A DNA stretch of 64,000 nucleotides. Source: an uncultured Woeseiaceae bacterium (lineage in GTDB: Bacteria; Pseudomonadota; Gammaproteobacteria; Steroidobacterales; Woeseiaceae). The notes under the pieces are model-generated. The model was not told the DNA's origin. It saw nothing but the letters and a program-made list of their open reading frames with translations, and ran no database searches. The position numbers and the translations under genes are program-made. The DNA lies in NCBI GenBank assembly GCA_964606915.1, contig CAZSIQ010000005.1:8472-72471 (forward strand). The letters are read 5' to 3'. Below are positions 1-9,235 of the stretch, one piece after another (position 1 is the stretch's first letter; each line of letters opens with the position of its first letter).

Positions 1-9
1 TGCGAATTC

Positions 10-33
10 GGGGCCCGCTTCGGAGCGGGCCCC
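10..33 (-). terminator. GC-rich stem-loop just downstream of the TonB-receptor stop
   Basis: 10-bp perfect stem GGGGCCCGCT/AGCGGGCCCC with a 4-nt loop, 6 nt after the stop at 40-42. Only a short A/T run follows before the window edge. Confidence 0.55.
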
Positions 34-39
34 GCCTCA

Positions 40-2799
40 TCAGAATGACTGCACGAAGCGCAAGGTCAGGAAGCGACCGAGCGACGTGTGGTTGATGTGG
101 TCAACATTCGCGCTCGTGCCGAGCACCAACGGGGGATCGCGATCCAGCAGGTTCCTCGCCGTCAGGCTGACGAAGCTGTCCTCGTTGATATCGTAAGAGA
201 AAGAGGCATCCCACACCGTCCACGACGGTACCTGTACTTCTGCATCGCTTGGCAGACCAACAGCTTCGAGTGTCCGGCCAGACGGATCGTCACGGTAGTC
301 GCCGGTGTAGCGCATCGTCAGCGACGCCGACCAGTCGTCCATGGAGTAGCGCCCGCGCAGGCGGGCCAGAAGCTCCGGTGTGCGGAAATCGCCGGCCTCA
401 TCGATAACGGGCGCGGAATCCGATGCCTGCGTTTCAAATTCGAACACATACGTGGCATCCGCTGTCAGCGACAGCTCGCCGCGTCCGATGTCGATGTACT
501 GTGTGTAGGCGAAATCGATACCGCTGGTTTCCTGGAACGCGAGGTTCGTCAGCTGGAAGTGTGCGTCGATGACGAAACCGCCAGCGACTTCAAGCCCGGG
601 GACACCGGTATCCAGCTCGCCCTCGCCGACAACGGCAAAGTCACCGTTCAGCGCTCGGCGAATAAAGTCGTCTTCGTCGACACCAATCAGGTTCTCGTAC
701 TTGATGTTCCAGTAATCCAGCGAGATGGTCAGGTCATTGTTCGGCGTGAAGACGGCACCAAAGCCCCAGTTGTCAGCGGTCTCCGGATCGAGTGCATCGT
801 TGGCGACATCTTCGGACAACAGGGCCTCGCCGTCTTCCGTTGCATCACCATCACAGGCGCCCGGTGTCGCTTCACAGTCCACCGTGTAGGAGCTGAGCAG
901 GACGCCGGCGCCAACCTGGCTTAGTGACGGCGCCCGGAAGGACGTCGAGTAGTTGGCACGGAAGATCAGGCTGTCGGTGGGAGCGTAACGAAGGCCGACT
1001 TTCGGATTGAAGTCACTGCCAAAGCTGTCGTAGTCATCGAAACGGCCCGCCACCTGGATATCAAAGCTGTCGCTCAGCGGCACGAAGAACTCGGCGAACA
1101 GCGAGTACTGGTCGCGCTCGGCGTCCGCGGAGGTTGAGCTGAAGCCGAGGATCGGTTCCGGGTTCAGCGTCGTTGCGACAGCAACACCGGACGGCACGTC
1201 TTCGACACTTTCATTGCGCCACTCCAGGCCGAATGCCGCGTTGACTGTACGCCCGTTGAGCTCGAACAGCTCACCAGACAGGATGGCATCAAACATCAGC
1301 ATGTCCGACTCACCGTTGCGCGTCGCCGTGGTGCGAATGGCCTCATCGATGCCGTCAGCCTGCTGCGTCTGGCCGCCGAACGGGTTGTACCACAGCGTCG
1401 TCAGACCATTATCCTCACAGGTCTCGCCGACAAACGAGGCACTCGGGCGTTGCAGGTTAACGTCCCAGCGATCGACGGTGCTGCCGTCACTGCAGAGATT
1501 GCCGAGTGAAGCGTTGTAGAACGCCTCGGCAATGAACAAGCCACTGAGACCGTCCTGGCGGGATTCGTTGCGGCCGACAGTTACGCCTGCGCCGAGGTTC
1601 CAGCCGGAATCAAATTCAACATCCAGCGACGACACGAAGCGCAGCGTTTCGGACTGCACACGCACCGACCGCGGTTCCGGGAACTTGCCCCAGGCGAAAA
1701 TCGGGAAGCCGAAGTAATCCGAGAAGCCGCCGGCGAGTCCTTCGTCAATAATGTCCTGCTGAAGGGCAGCGGGCCACAACGGGCTCTCCGGATCCATCGG
1801 CGCTCGGGAGAAGTTGGCCGGTGAACTGGTGCCGTTGGAGTCGGTCTCCTGGTACAGGAGCTCATTGCGCCAGGTTATTGTGTCACTCACATCGAAGCGG
1901 TAGGTCAGCATGCCGCCGACGCTTTCATAGACGTCGAGCACGGACGTGAACTGGTTGTTGTCGACCTCGCAGAACTCACCGAAATTGCCGAATCCGAACT
2001 CATCGGCAGAGCAACCGCCGTCGGCCGGCTCTTCGGTCTGGTCGTTGATCATCAGGAACAGGTCATTGAAGGACGGAAAGAAACCCTGCTGGCTCGGCCG
2101 TACGGAGTTTGCGCTGATAGCGCGATCCCGGTCGAACATCGGGTTGCGCTCGTACCAGTCGACGACCGCCATGACGTGGTGGCGACCCTCACCTGCCCCG
2201 AACAACAGGTTCAGGTTCTTGCGGGAATCGTCACTCGATGCCGACGAGTTGCCGTATGACGCCGAGACTTCAAGGCCTTCGTAGTCGTCGCGCAGCACGT
2301 AGTTCACAACGCCAGCCACGGCATCCGCACCGTAGGTCGCAGAAGCACCGCTGGGAAGAATCTCGATTCGGTCTACGGCCGCCATCGGTATCGAGTTGAT
2401 GTCGATAAACGAGGCCTGGCCCACAGCAAACGAACTGATTGTCGCCCGCCGGCCGTTGATCAGCGTCAGCGTCGATCCTGTTCCAAGACCGCGCAGCGAA
2501 ACGGCGGAGGCGCCAACCGGTGTATCGCTCGACAGCGCACCGGCTGTTGAGGTCGTGAAGGTCCCTGTTCCACCCCCGGTAATCGACAGGTCCTGCATGA
2601 GCTCGCCGAGATTCTCCGCACCCGACTCATCAATATCATCGCGATTGATCTGCACAGCCTGGACAGCACCTTTCAGATCGAGGCCCTCGATGTGTGTACC
2701 GGTAACCAGGATCTCTTCGATCACCTCGTCGTCCTGCGCGACAGCCGTCAGCGGCAGGCAGGCAGCGATGGCTATGAACTTCCACGTTTCTCTTTTCAT
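40..2799 (-). CDS. TonB-dependent outer-membrane receptor
   Basis: ORF 40..2814. Internal ATG at 2799 is preceded by GGGAGAG. Signal peptide MKRETWKFIAIAACLPLTAVA, plug-type N-terminus (EEILVTGTHIEG, AVSLRGLG), barrel-size length, C-terminal ...LRFVQSF. Confidence 0.9.
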   Translation of the reverse strand: MKRETWKFIAIAACLPLTAVAQDDEVIEEILVTGTHIEGLDLKGAVQAVQINRDDIDESGAENLGELMQDLSITGGGTGTFTTSTAGALSSDTPVGASAVSLRGLGTGSTLTLINGRRATISSFAVGQASFIDINSIPMAAVDRIEILPSGASATYGADAVAGVVNYVLRDDYEGLEVSASYGNSSASSDDSRKNLNLLFGAGEGRHHVMAVVDWYERNPMFDRDRAISANSVRPSQQGFFPSFNDLFLMINDQTEEPADGGCSADEFGFGNFGEFCEVDNNQFTSVLDVYESVGGMLTYRFDVSDTITWRNELLYQETDSNGTSSPANFSRAPMDPESPLWPAALQQDIIDEGLAGGFSDYFGFPIFAWGKFPEPRSVRVQSETLRFVSSLDVEFDSGWNLGAGVTVGRNESRQDGLSGLFIAEAFYNASLGNLCSDGSTVDRWDVNLQRPSASFVGETCEDNGLTTLWYNPFGGQTQQADGIDEAIRTTATRNGESDMLMFDAILSGELFELNGRTVNAAFGLEWRNESVEDVPSGVAVATTLNPEPILGFSSTSADAERDQYSLFAEFFVPLSDSFDIQVAGRFDDYDSFGSDFNPKVGLRYAPTDSLIFRANYSTSFRAPSLSQVGAGVLLSSYTVDCEATPGACDGDATEDGEALLSEDVANDALDPETADNWGFGAVFTPNNDLTISLDYWNIKYENLIGVDEDDFIRRALNGDFAVVGEGELDTGVPGLEVAGGFVIDAHFQLTNLAFQETSGIDFAYTQYIDIGRGELSLTADATYVFEFETQASDSAPVIDEAGDFRTPELLARLRGRYSMDDWSASLTMRYTGDYRDDPSGRTLEAVGLPSDAEVQVPSWTVWDASFSYDINEDSFVSLTARNLLDRDPPLVLGTSANVDHINHTSLGRFLTLRFVQSF

Positions 2800-2817
2800 T
2801 ATGATCTCTCCCAAAAA

Positions 2818-3960
2818 TCAGACTGGTGCATCGACGGGCAGCAGCGACTGTCCGTTGCAGAAGACGGCTTCCGGGCCGTGACTGTCGTGCGAAAGCATAA
2901 GCAGGTCGGCATCACAACCCTTCGCGATGCGACCCTTGTTGTTTAGATTCAGCGCCTTTGCCGGGTTCCTTGTCAGCGCGGCGATCAGGTGCTTTGTCGT
3001 TTCAAGACCGTCGTTCAATGCGGTCTTCAGCAGGTCCAAGAAAACGCCCGGTTCCGCGCGACTGACCGCGGTGAGCTGGCCGCCCTCGTAAACCGGCAAT
3101 GAGCCACCGGCGTCGGATGACACCGTTATCCGGTCCGCGACCCCGGCGTCTTTTGCCGCCGCGAGCGCATCAAGCACGGGCACTTCTCCCTGGGCCAGGA
3201 ACTCAGGCACCGTCGATGCCGTGACGTCAAAGTAGCCACCTTGCTGTGCATGCTCGATCGCTTCCGCGAGCAATTCCGGTGTCCGGTTGCAGTGAGTCGG
3301 GAAGAACACGCGTGGTGGCAGGTCGCTGCCCGACAGGGCCTCCCTGACCAGGGCCAGTCGACTCTCGCCGCTGCCGACGTGCAGGAAGACGACGCCGCCC
3401 TCACCCAGCAGGGTTCCACCGGTCAGTGTTTCAGCCGCAACACGCCGCAGTTCTTCTGAGCTCGGCTGCGAACCCCGGTGGTCGGCGATCGCCAGTTCAC
3501 CAACGCCGATAACAGGATCGATGTGCGTCAGGTCGCGGATCACATCGCCGGTCATTGTCGGCACCGGTACCCGGTAAGCACCGGTATACATTCGCGGTGA
3601 CAATCCCATCGCTCGCAGCTGCATCGTTGTCGCATACAGGACATCCAGGCTGCGCCCCGTCGAATCGGTGCCGAGAGCGCCAACCGGCGTCGTGACACCG
3701 GCATTGGCAAACGTCGCAAAGTCGACTTCCGCGGTCCGGTTGGCGAACCCGCCTTCACCGCCGCCTCCGCAGGGGTGCGTCAGGACATCAACGATACCGG
3801 GCGCCAGGATGGCCTCGTCCGCGTCGATGATCGACACCGCATCACCGGACAAATCGATCTGCTCTGCGATTTGCGCGATCTTTCCACCGGCCAGCAGAAC
3901 GTCACAGACACCGAGCGGCTCGGGTGCATAGACTCGCGCGTTTCGAATCAGCGTCAGCAT
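2818..3960 (-). CDS. iadA: isoaspartyl (beta-aspartyl) dipeptidase-like amidohydrolase with an atypical metal motif
   Basis: 380 aa. IadA-type signatures GGGGEGG, VVFLHVG, FFPTHCNR, ITVSSDAGGS. The strand-1 HxH motif reads DVLTH. The stop of rpiR abuts its ATG. Confidence 0.75.
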   Translation of the reverse strand: MLTLIRNARVYAPEPLGVCDVLLAGGKIAQIAEQIDLSGDAVSIIDADEAILAPGIVDVLTHPCGGGGEGGFANRTAEVDFATFANAGVTTPVGALGTDSTGRSLDVLYATTMQLRAMGLSPRMYTGAYRVPVPTMTGDVIRDLTHIDPVIGVGELAIADHRGSQPSSEELRRVAAETLTGGTLLGEGGVVFLHVGSGESRLALVREALSGSDLPPRVFFPTHCNRTPELLAEAIEHAQQGGYFDVTASTVPEFLAQGEVPVLDALAAAKDAGVADRITVSSDAGGSLPVYEGGQLTAVSRAEPGVFLDLLKTALNDGLETTKHLIAALTRNPAKALNLNNKGRIAKGCDADLLMLSHDSHGPEAVFCNGQSLLPVDAPV

Positions 3961-4866
3961 TCAGGTTTCGTCCACCACGTAGGTCTGGTCGCGAAGGATG
4001 TCGTTGATGCGCGAAATCGCGTCGACCGTTTCATCACGATGTCGTGAGCTGATTTCAACCACCAACGCGTTCAGCAGCACCATCGTCGATGCCGTTGCAT
4101 TGGTGAAAGTCATTCCGTGACTGGAGACGACCAGCGCCTGGCCGGCCAGAGCGGCCGCGGGTGACGAGGCCCGATCGGTAATCACAACGCTCGGAATGTC
4201 TCGATGCTTGAGCTCTTCAAGCAGATCCAGCGTCTGTCGTGAGTAGGGCGGGAAGGAAAACGCCAGGACAGTGTCCTTCTTTGTCAGGGCAACCAGCTGC
4301 TCATTGGGTGAGCTGAAATGCGTGGGCATTGCCGTCGAACGCATGCCGTGTTCGGTCAGCAGGTATGACGCAAACTGGGCGAGACAGGCGGATATACCAA
4401 AGCCGAAGCAGTGCACGTAATCCGCCTTGAAGAGATTTGATGCCGCCGACCTGAAATCCCGTCGATCGATGCTATCGAGTGTGCGCTCGATATTGTGTTG
4501 TTCGAGTTTGGCCATCGCGATCAGCGAATCCTGGCCAATCTCGCTGACATCGGGGTTGGCGTATCGTGATTGCGAGGCCTGCATGTCCTCTCGCAGCGAG
4601 TCGACCAGCGCCATCTTCAGGTCGCTGTAGCCGCTGTAGCCAATGCGCTGGCAGAAGCGAACGATCGTGGCTTCGGACGCGCCAATTCGCTCAGCCAGAT
4701 CCGGCACCGCGAGGAACGGCACGTCCTTCATATGATCCAGCACGTAGTCGGCAATCAGCTTCTGCTGCGGTGACAGGCTCGCCGCGACCGCGCTGATGCG
4801 AGCCTTCGGATCCCCGACCCAGTCCCCTTTTTTACGCCTTGCCGATGATGACGCCTTTGTTTTCAT
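3961..4866 (-). CDS. RpiR/MurR-family transcriptional regulator (HTH + SIS domain)
   Basis: N-terminal HTH (ATIVRFCQRIGYSGYSDLK) and C-terminal SIS-like region (VHCFGFGISA...). First gene of a tightly packed three-gene string. Confidence 0.85.
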   Translation of the reverse strand: MKTKASSSARRKKGDWVGDPKARISAVAASLSPQQKLIADYVLDHMKDVPFLAVPDLAERIGASEATIVRFCQRIGYSGYSDLKMALVDSLREDMQASQSRYANPDVSEIGQDSLIAMAKLEQHNIERTLDSIDRRDFRSAASNLFKADYVHCFGFGISACLAQFASYLLTEHGMRSTAMPTHFSSPNEQLVALTKKDTVLAFSFPPYSRQTLDLLEELKHRDIPSVVITDRASSPAAALAGQALVVSSHGMTFTNATASTMVLLNALVVEISSRHRDETVDAISRINDILRDQTYVVDET

Positions 4867-4870
4867 ACGA

Positions 4871-4907
4871 GCAAACTATATGAAACTTTCTCTTCATTCA
4901 AGTTTGC
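4871..4907. promoter_or_regulatory. inverted repeat in the rpiR promoter region (candidate operator)
   Basis: GCAAACT (4871-4877) and AGTTTGC (4901-4907), with nested ATGAA/TTCAT arms, in an A/T-rich 78-bp intergenic region 5-40 nt upstream of the rpiR ATG. Confidence 0.35.
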
Positions 4908-4944
4908 ACGTGGTTGCCCACCTTTCCCGGCAGGCTAACCGGCT

Positions 4945-5409
4945 CTAATGGCTAACGGGATCCGGCGTCGGTTCGTCGTTCCGGGTCAGGAAACTGACCA
5001 CTTCGAAAAGGAGCCAACCCATGGGGGCGAGGAACAGCGTCAGCACCATGATCGGTGACACCCAGAAGAACGAATGGCCGTTCTGCAGTGCCCGACGCCA
5101 GATGAGGGTACCGACCAACAGATCGAAACACAGAAAGTGAATCCAGCCTGCCGTTGCACCGATGGCCGAGCCAAGCAATGTCTGAACGCCGGCAAGGTCC
5201 GGATTCAGCAGGATCGCAAACGCCGACGGGTTCGTAGCCAGGCCGTACACCACGATGACGGTGTACATGGCCGCCAGGTAGAGCATGGGTAACTTCGTGC
5301 GATAGAAGCGGTCGGTCCAGGACCAGGTCGGCAGGAAGACAATCAGGAACCAGAAAACCAGCAGCGGAGCGCCCGCCACGTCGAACACCAGGTTGGGGAA
5401 GTTCTCCAT
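4945..5409 (-). CDS. small multi-pass membrane protein, DUF4281 / ABA4-like
   Basis: 154 aa, four hydrophobic helices. The pattern WIHFLCFDLLVG...W matches my recollection of the ABA4-like family. Confidence 0.55.
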   Translation of the reverse strand: MENFPNLVFDVAGAPLLVFWFLIVFLPTWSWTDRFYRTKLPMLYLAAMYTVIVVYGLATNPSAFAILLNPDLAGVQTLLGSAIGATAGWIHFLCFDLLVGTLIWRRALQNGHSFFWVSPIMVLTLFLAPMGWLLFEVVSFLTRNDEPTPDPVSH

Positions 5410-5418
5410 GGGAGTCTC

Positions 5419-6276
5419 CTAGATCAGGGGTGCGCCGCCCTGCGCTCGCAGGAAGGAAAACAGGAACAAAACGCTATAGGAAGCGGCGAAGAACCGAACG
5501 ATGGCGAACGACGCCGGTACCTTGAAGTGATACAGCAGGAATGCCAGCACAAGAAAGAACTGCAGCGCGTGCAAACCAATGAAGTGCGGAATCCGGAGAT
5601 CGCCGATATCAAGGCTCCAGCCGACCAGCGGTACCGTGTTGTGTGTATCGAGCGGCGGCTGACCGACGAAATGTGATCCCGACTGCAGGAACTCGCCGCC
5701 CTGCTCCAGTGCCGCCATCTGCTCCGCCGTCGGACTGGTCATTGAATACCCCTGGAACGAACCAACGGTCATGACCAGGATCGCCAGAACAGTCGCTTCT
5801 GCAATGATGGCAGGCGCCTGCCGACGAGCACGCCAGATGATGTACCCACCGTACAAGGCGGCGAGCACGACAATCGCAATGGTGACACCCATGATGCTGA
5901 AAATCGCGCCGTCCAGCGCTGTCGCCACGTTGAAATGACTCTGCACGCCCCTCGCCGCCTGCACGACGATCAGAACGGCTTCGATCAGCAATCCGACGCC
6001 GATAATCCAGCGCACACGGTTGAGGCGAGCCACATTCGCCTCGGTGCGGAAAACCCGGAACAGCCACTCGAGGTTCAGGTTGTACAGCGCAATACTCAGA
6101 AAGAACTTTATCGGTTTGATCCAGCGTGGCTCGCCGTTGATCTCGGTTGCATCGAGCGACGCGAGAATGACCAGGACAGGCAGCCCGAGGCAAAAGAAGT
6201 AGACGCTGGAATCCCACAGGATCGTTGCGTCACGAGGATGCGTTCTCCGACGCAGAATGGAAGGCCAATGGGTCAT
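5419..6276 (-). CDS. multi-pass membrane protein, function unknown
   Basis: 285 aa, about 7 hydrophobic segments, 9 nt upstream of the previous gene. No motif recognised. Confidence 0.5.
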   Translation of the reverse strand: MTHWPSILRRRTHPRDATILWDSSVYFFCLGLPVLVILASLDATEINGEPRWIKPIKFFLSIALYNLNLEWLFRVFRTEANVARLNRVRWIIGVGLLIEAVLIVVQAARGVQSHFNVATALDGAIFSIMGVTIAIVVLAALYGGYIIWRARRQAPAIIAEATVLAILVMTVGSFQGYSMTSPTAEQMAALEQGGEFLQSGSHFVGQPPLDTHNTVPLVGWSLDIGDLRIPHFIGLHALQFFLVLAFLLYHFKVPASFAIVRFFAASYSVLFLFSFLRAQGGAPLI

Positions 6277-6427
6277 TGCGCGGCTTTCGTCACAGTTATT
6301 AATCCTTCCATGTATAGACTTTGCTCAAGTTTGCCATCGCGCGTCCGGTTCAAGATACAAACGGTTACGCCGATGGCTTATCAACACCGTATTATCTTTC
6401 GCTCTTCGATCACACCCCGGCCATTTT

Positions 6428-7273
6428 TTGACCTACGGACGCACTCAACTGTTTTCGACCATTGCGCTTGGTCTTCTGACGACCTCCTGCGCAATGGGAC
6501 CGATAGCCAGTGACAGTGCGACCGGCAACGGTCGGTTCGTCGAAACCACCGTCGCCGGTTGTCAGCAGGCACTGCGAAAGCCCACGCTGCACTCGAACGC
6601 TGGCCTCGGTTCCGAGATCGAACTGCTGAACTGGAACATCAAGAAGGGTTCGAGGTCTGTCTGGCAAGACGACCTTAGGGCGATGGCGCTGGATGCCGAT
6701 CTCGTTGTCCTGCAGGAAGCCGCCGTCGACATCGGCATTGAGTCCGAAGTGCCGCACCTGGAACACGCCTCCTTTGCACGTGGCTATGCCACGGGCAACA
6801 AGACGACCGGCGTCGCCACCTACAGCAGCACTGCCCCGTTGAGCGAATGCCGCTTCCAGGTCGTCGAACCGCTGCTGCGCACGCCGAAGGCCACCAGCGT
6901 CACGGTTTACCCCCTTGCCGACAGGAGCGAGACGCTGCTTGTCGTCAATGTTCACGCGGTGAATTTCACGTTCGGGGTTACCCGGTTCCGCGAACAGATC
7001 GGCCAGGTTCGCGACGTTATCGATGCACACCAGGGTCCCGCCATCCTCAGCGGCGACTTCAACACGTGGAGCCGCAAACGCCTCAACGTTGTCAACGAGC
7101 TGGTCAGCGACCTGGGCTTTTCGACGGTGTCCCTCAGTACTGACGATCGAAAGACGTTCAACGGCTTCCCGCTGGACCACGTCTTCGTCCGCGGCTTTTC
7201 ATCGGCCAGCGGTGGCACCTCGTCCGTCCGTTCCTCTGATCACAACCCGATGACGATCGAACTGGTTCTCTGA
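6428..7273 (+). CDS. endonuclease/exonuclease/phosphatase (EEP) family lipoprotein, YafD-like
   Basis: ORF 6257..7273. An in-frame TTG at 6428 gives the lipoprotein signal TYGRTQLFSTIALGLLTTSC. EEP-type motifs LLNWNI, VVLQE, SGDFN, SDHNP. The longer ORF start overlaps the divergent gene. Confidence 0.7.
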   Translation: MTYGRTQLFSTIALGLLTTSCAMGPIASDSATGNGRFVETTVAGCQQALRKPTLHSNAGLGSEIELLNWNIKKGSRSVWQDDLRAMALDADLVVLQEAAVDIGIESEVPHLEHASFARGYATGNKTTGVATYSSTAPLSECRFQVVEPLLRTPKATSVTVYPLADRSETLLVVNVHAVNFTFGVTRFREQIGQVRDVIDAHQGPAILSGDFNTWSRKRLNVVNELVSDLGFSTVSLSTDDRKTFNGFPLDHVFVRGFSSASGGTSSVRSSDHNPMTIELVL

Positions 7274-7301
7274 CGATGCATCACGACGGTCGCTGTCACC
7301 C

Positions 7302-8177
7302 CTAGCTGACCGTCGCCTTCCAGTCGAAAAACTTCCGTACGACAAACGACAGCAGGACCGCGAACAGGCACGCCCATATCGGCGTTTCGAACCACGCCGT
7401 CGGTCCCAGTGTCACCACCGCCTGCAAACCTGCCAGGAGGCCGATAAGGAAACTGGCGTTGACCCGGCCCAGGTCGAGGCGATCGTAAGCGTTGTCGTAG
7501 TAGGAGATCGGCTCTGGACTGAGTACCACGAAAACCGCGCCGCCAAGCAGGGCCAAAGCCAACAAGACCCAGTCAACCAACGCCAGCTGGACCAGCGCAA
7601 ACCCGGGTGCGTTGGCCACCAACCAGGCAAACAGGGGCAGGCAAACGGCCGCGGCCGCAAGGTGCCGGCGAAGGGGCTGATGCAACAACCCATCGAGCGC
7701 AAATGCCAGCGCCATAAGCAGCACGAGGAGCGGCTGGCCGGTCTGCATCGAGGTATAGCCCACAAAGCCCAGCACGCTGGCGGTGTCAAACCAGGTCAGG
7801 GGCAGACCGGTTGTACGATTCACCACCCGCAACAACAGCAAGACGGCGAAGACCACCAGGACCTTGTCGGTGCCGAAAGCGAGGCTGCCAAGCCAGGCGA
7901 GACCCAGGGCAACAAACGCCGTTTCGACGTAGTCCGGGGCCAGGTCACGGGTAAAGGCCCAGGCGATGAAGGAGACCAGCATACCGGTGAACGCGATGCG
8001 CAATGCCTCGTCGCCCTGACCGGTGGTGACTGCAACGACGGCGCCCAGCACGCCGAGCACCGGGAGCGCGTACAACAATGCCCGGTTGGTCAGGTACGAC
8101 GGGTCGATCGGTCGAGCGATCGATGTGAACCGGTAGAGACCGGTTCGCTCACCGTTGTTGTGTGTCGTGTCGGACAT
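7302..8177 (-). CDS. multi-pass membrane protein, function unknown
   Basis: ORF 7302..8186 starts at TTG; the first ATG is at 8177 (MSDTTHNNG). Eight or more hydrophobic helices. Confidence 0.5.
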   Translation of the reverse strand: MSDTTHNNGERTGLYRFTSIARPIDPSYLTNRALLYALPVLGVLGAVVAVTTGQGDEALRIAFTGMLVSFIAWAFTRDLAPDYVETAFVALGLAWLGSLAFGTDKVLVVFAVLLLLRVVNRTTGLPLTWFDTASVLGFVGYTSMQTGQPLLVLLMALAFALDGLLHQPLRRHLAAAAVCLPLFAWLVANAPGFALVQLALVDWVLLALALLGGAVFVVLSPEPISYYDNAYDRLDLGRVNASFLIGLLAGLQAVVTLGPTAWFETPIWACLFAVLLSFVVRKFFDWKATVS

Positions 8178-8202
8178 CCTTGCCAACGACCCGTTAGCCG
8201 GA

Positions 8203-9111
8203 TCAGCCTCGCTGTGCGGATTCCGTGGACGACGGTTTGGCCGGCGGCTTCATGATTAACACGGGTGTGCTTTGCTTGTACGCCTCGTAGTCTTCCTGGC
8301 CGCCCCAGCGTTCGTCCGCAGACTTCTCCAGCAACGGTACGCCACTGACCTTGGTTAGCAGGAAGGCAACAAAGACCGGCGATATCAGGGTGGCCCACTG
8401 CCAGCCCTGAAGAACCGGCAGCGCGATGATGGCCATGCCAACCCACAGCACGATTTCACCGAAGTAGTTCGGATGCCGTGACCAGGCCCACAGTCCCGTC
8501 GAGATGAACTTACCCTGGTTGGCAGGATCAGCGCGAAAGGCCGACTTCTGCCTGTCTGAGACAATCTCGATGGTGATGCCGATGGCCCAGATCGCGATCC
8601 CGATGTAGCCGATGACACCCAGCGGAACCCGGTTGCCGTTTGTGATGATGGCGAGCGCGCAAGCCGCGGTTAACAGCACCCAGAGTCCCTGCAGCGTCCA
8701 GGCCAGCAGAAAATTCCATGGCTTGTGCTTCATCTCATCGAAACGACTGTCCTTGCCAGCCCGCGAGATACGTACGAACAGGAACGACGCCAGCCTGATC
8801 GACCAAAACAGCACCATTCCGGCAACGACGGTCGATCGCAGGTCCAGCGGACTCGACAACAGCACGGCAACAACCACGACGGTGATGTAGGTAATACCGC
8901 CGGTCAGGTCATAGAAGTGTTCGGTCTTCTTGATCGCGGCCGGAATAAACGCCAGCCAGTTCACGAGAAACGCCAGCGCACCGCAAACCGCGAAGACGGA
9001 AAACGCGCCGAACCGGTCACCGCCGATACCGCCGGCCCAAGAAACAAGGCCGCCGATGAGGACAGTCACTGCAATGCTGATGTAAACCTGAGTACTCGAA
9101 CGCTCAGACAT
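8203..9111 (-). CDS. DUF1295 / steroid-5-alpha-reductase-like membrane protein
   Basis: 302 aa. C-terminal signature SRHPNYFGEIVLWVGMAI...LLTKVSGVPLLE is typical of DUF1295/ICMT-like proteins. Confidence 0.7.
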   Translation of the reverse strand: MSERSSTQVYISIAVTVLIGGLVSWAGGIGGDRFGAFSVFAVCGALAFLVNWLAFIPAAIKKTEHFYDLTGGITYITVVVVAVLLSSPLDLRSTVVAGMVLFWSIRLASFLFVRISRAGKDSRFDEMKHKPWNFLLAWTLQGLWVLLTAACALAIITNGNRVPLGVIGYIGIAIWAIGITIEIVSDRQKSAFRADPANQGKFISTGLWAWSRHPNYFGEIVLWVGMAIIALPVLQGWQWATLISPVFVAFLLTKVSGVPLLEKSADERWGGQEDYEAYKQSTPVLIMKPPAKPSSTESAQRG

Positions 9112-9235
9112 GACAACTCCCTAAAGCAATCTGGGCATGAGTATAAGGAGGTTGTCAGGCGGTCACAGGGTCCGAATAATCTTGTTACCACGTGACACAG
9201 GTAGTTACGTTAGTCGGGCGCGCCAACACGGCGGG

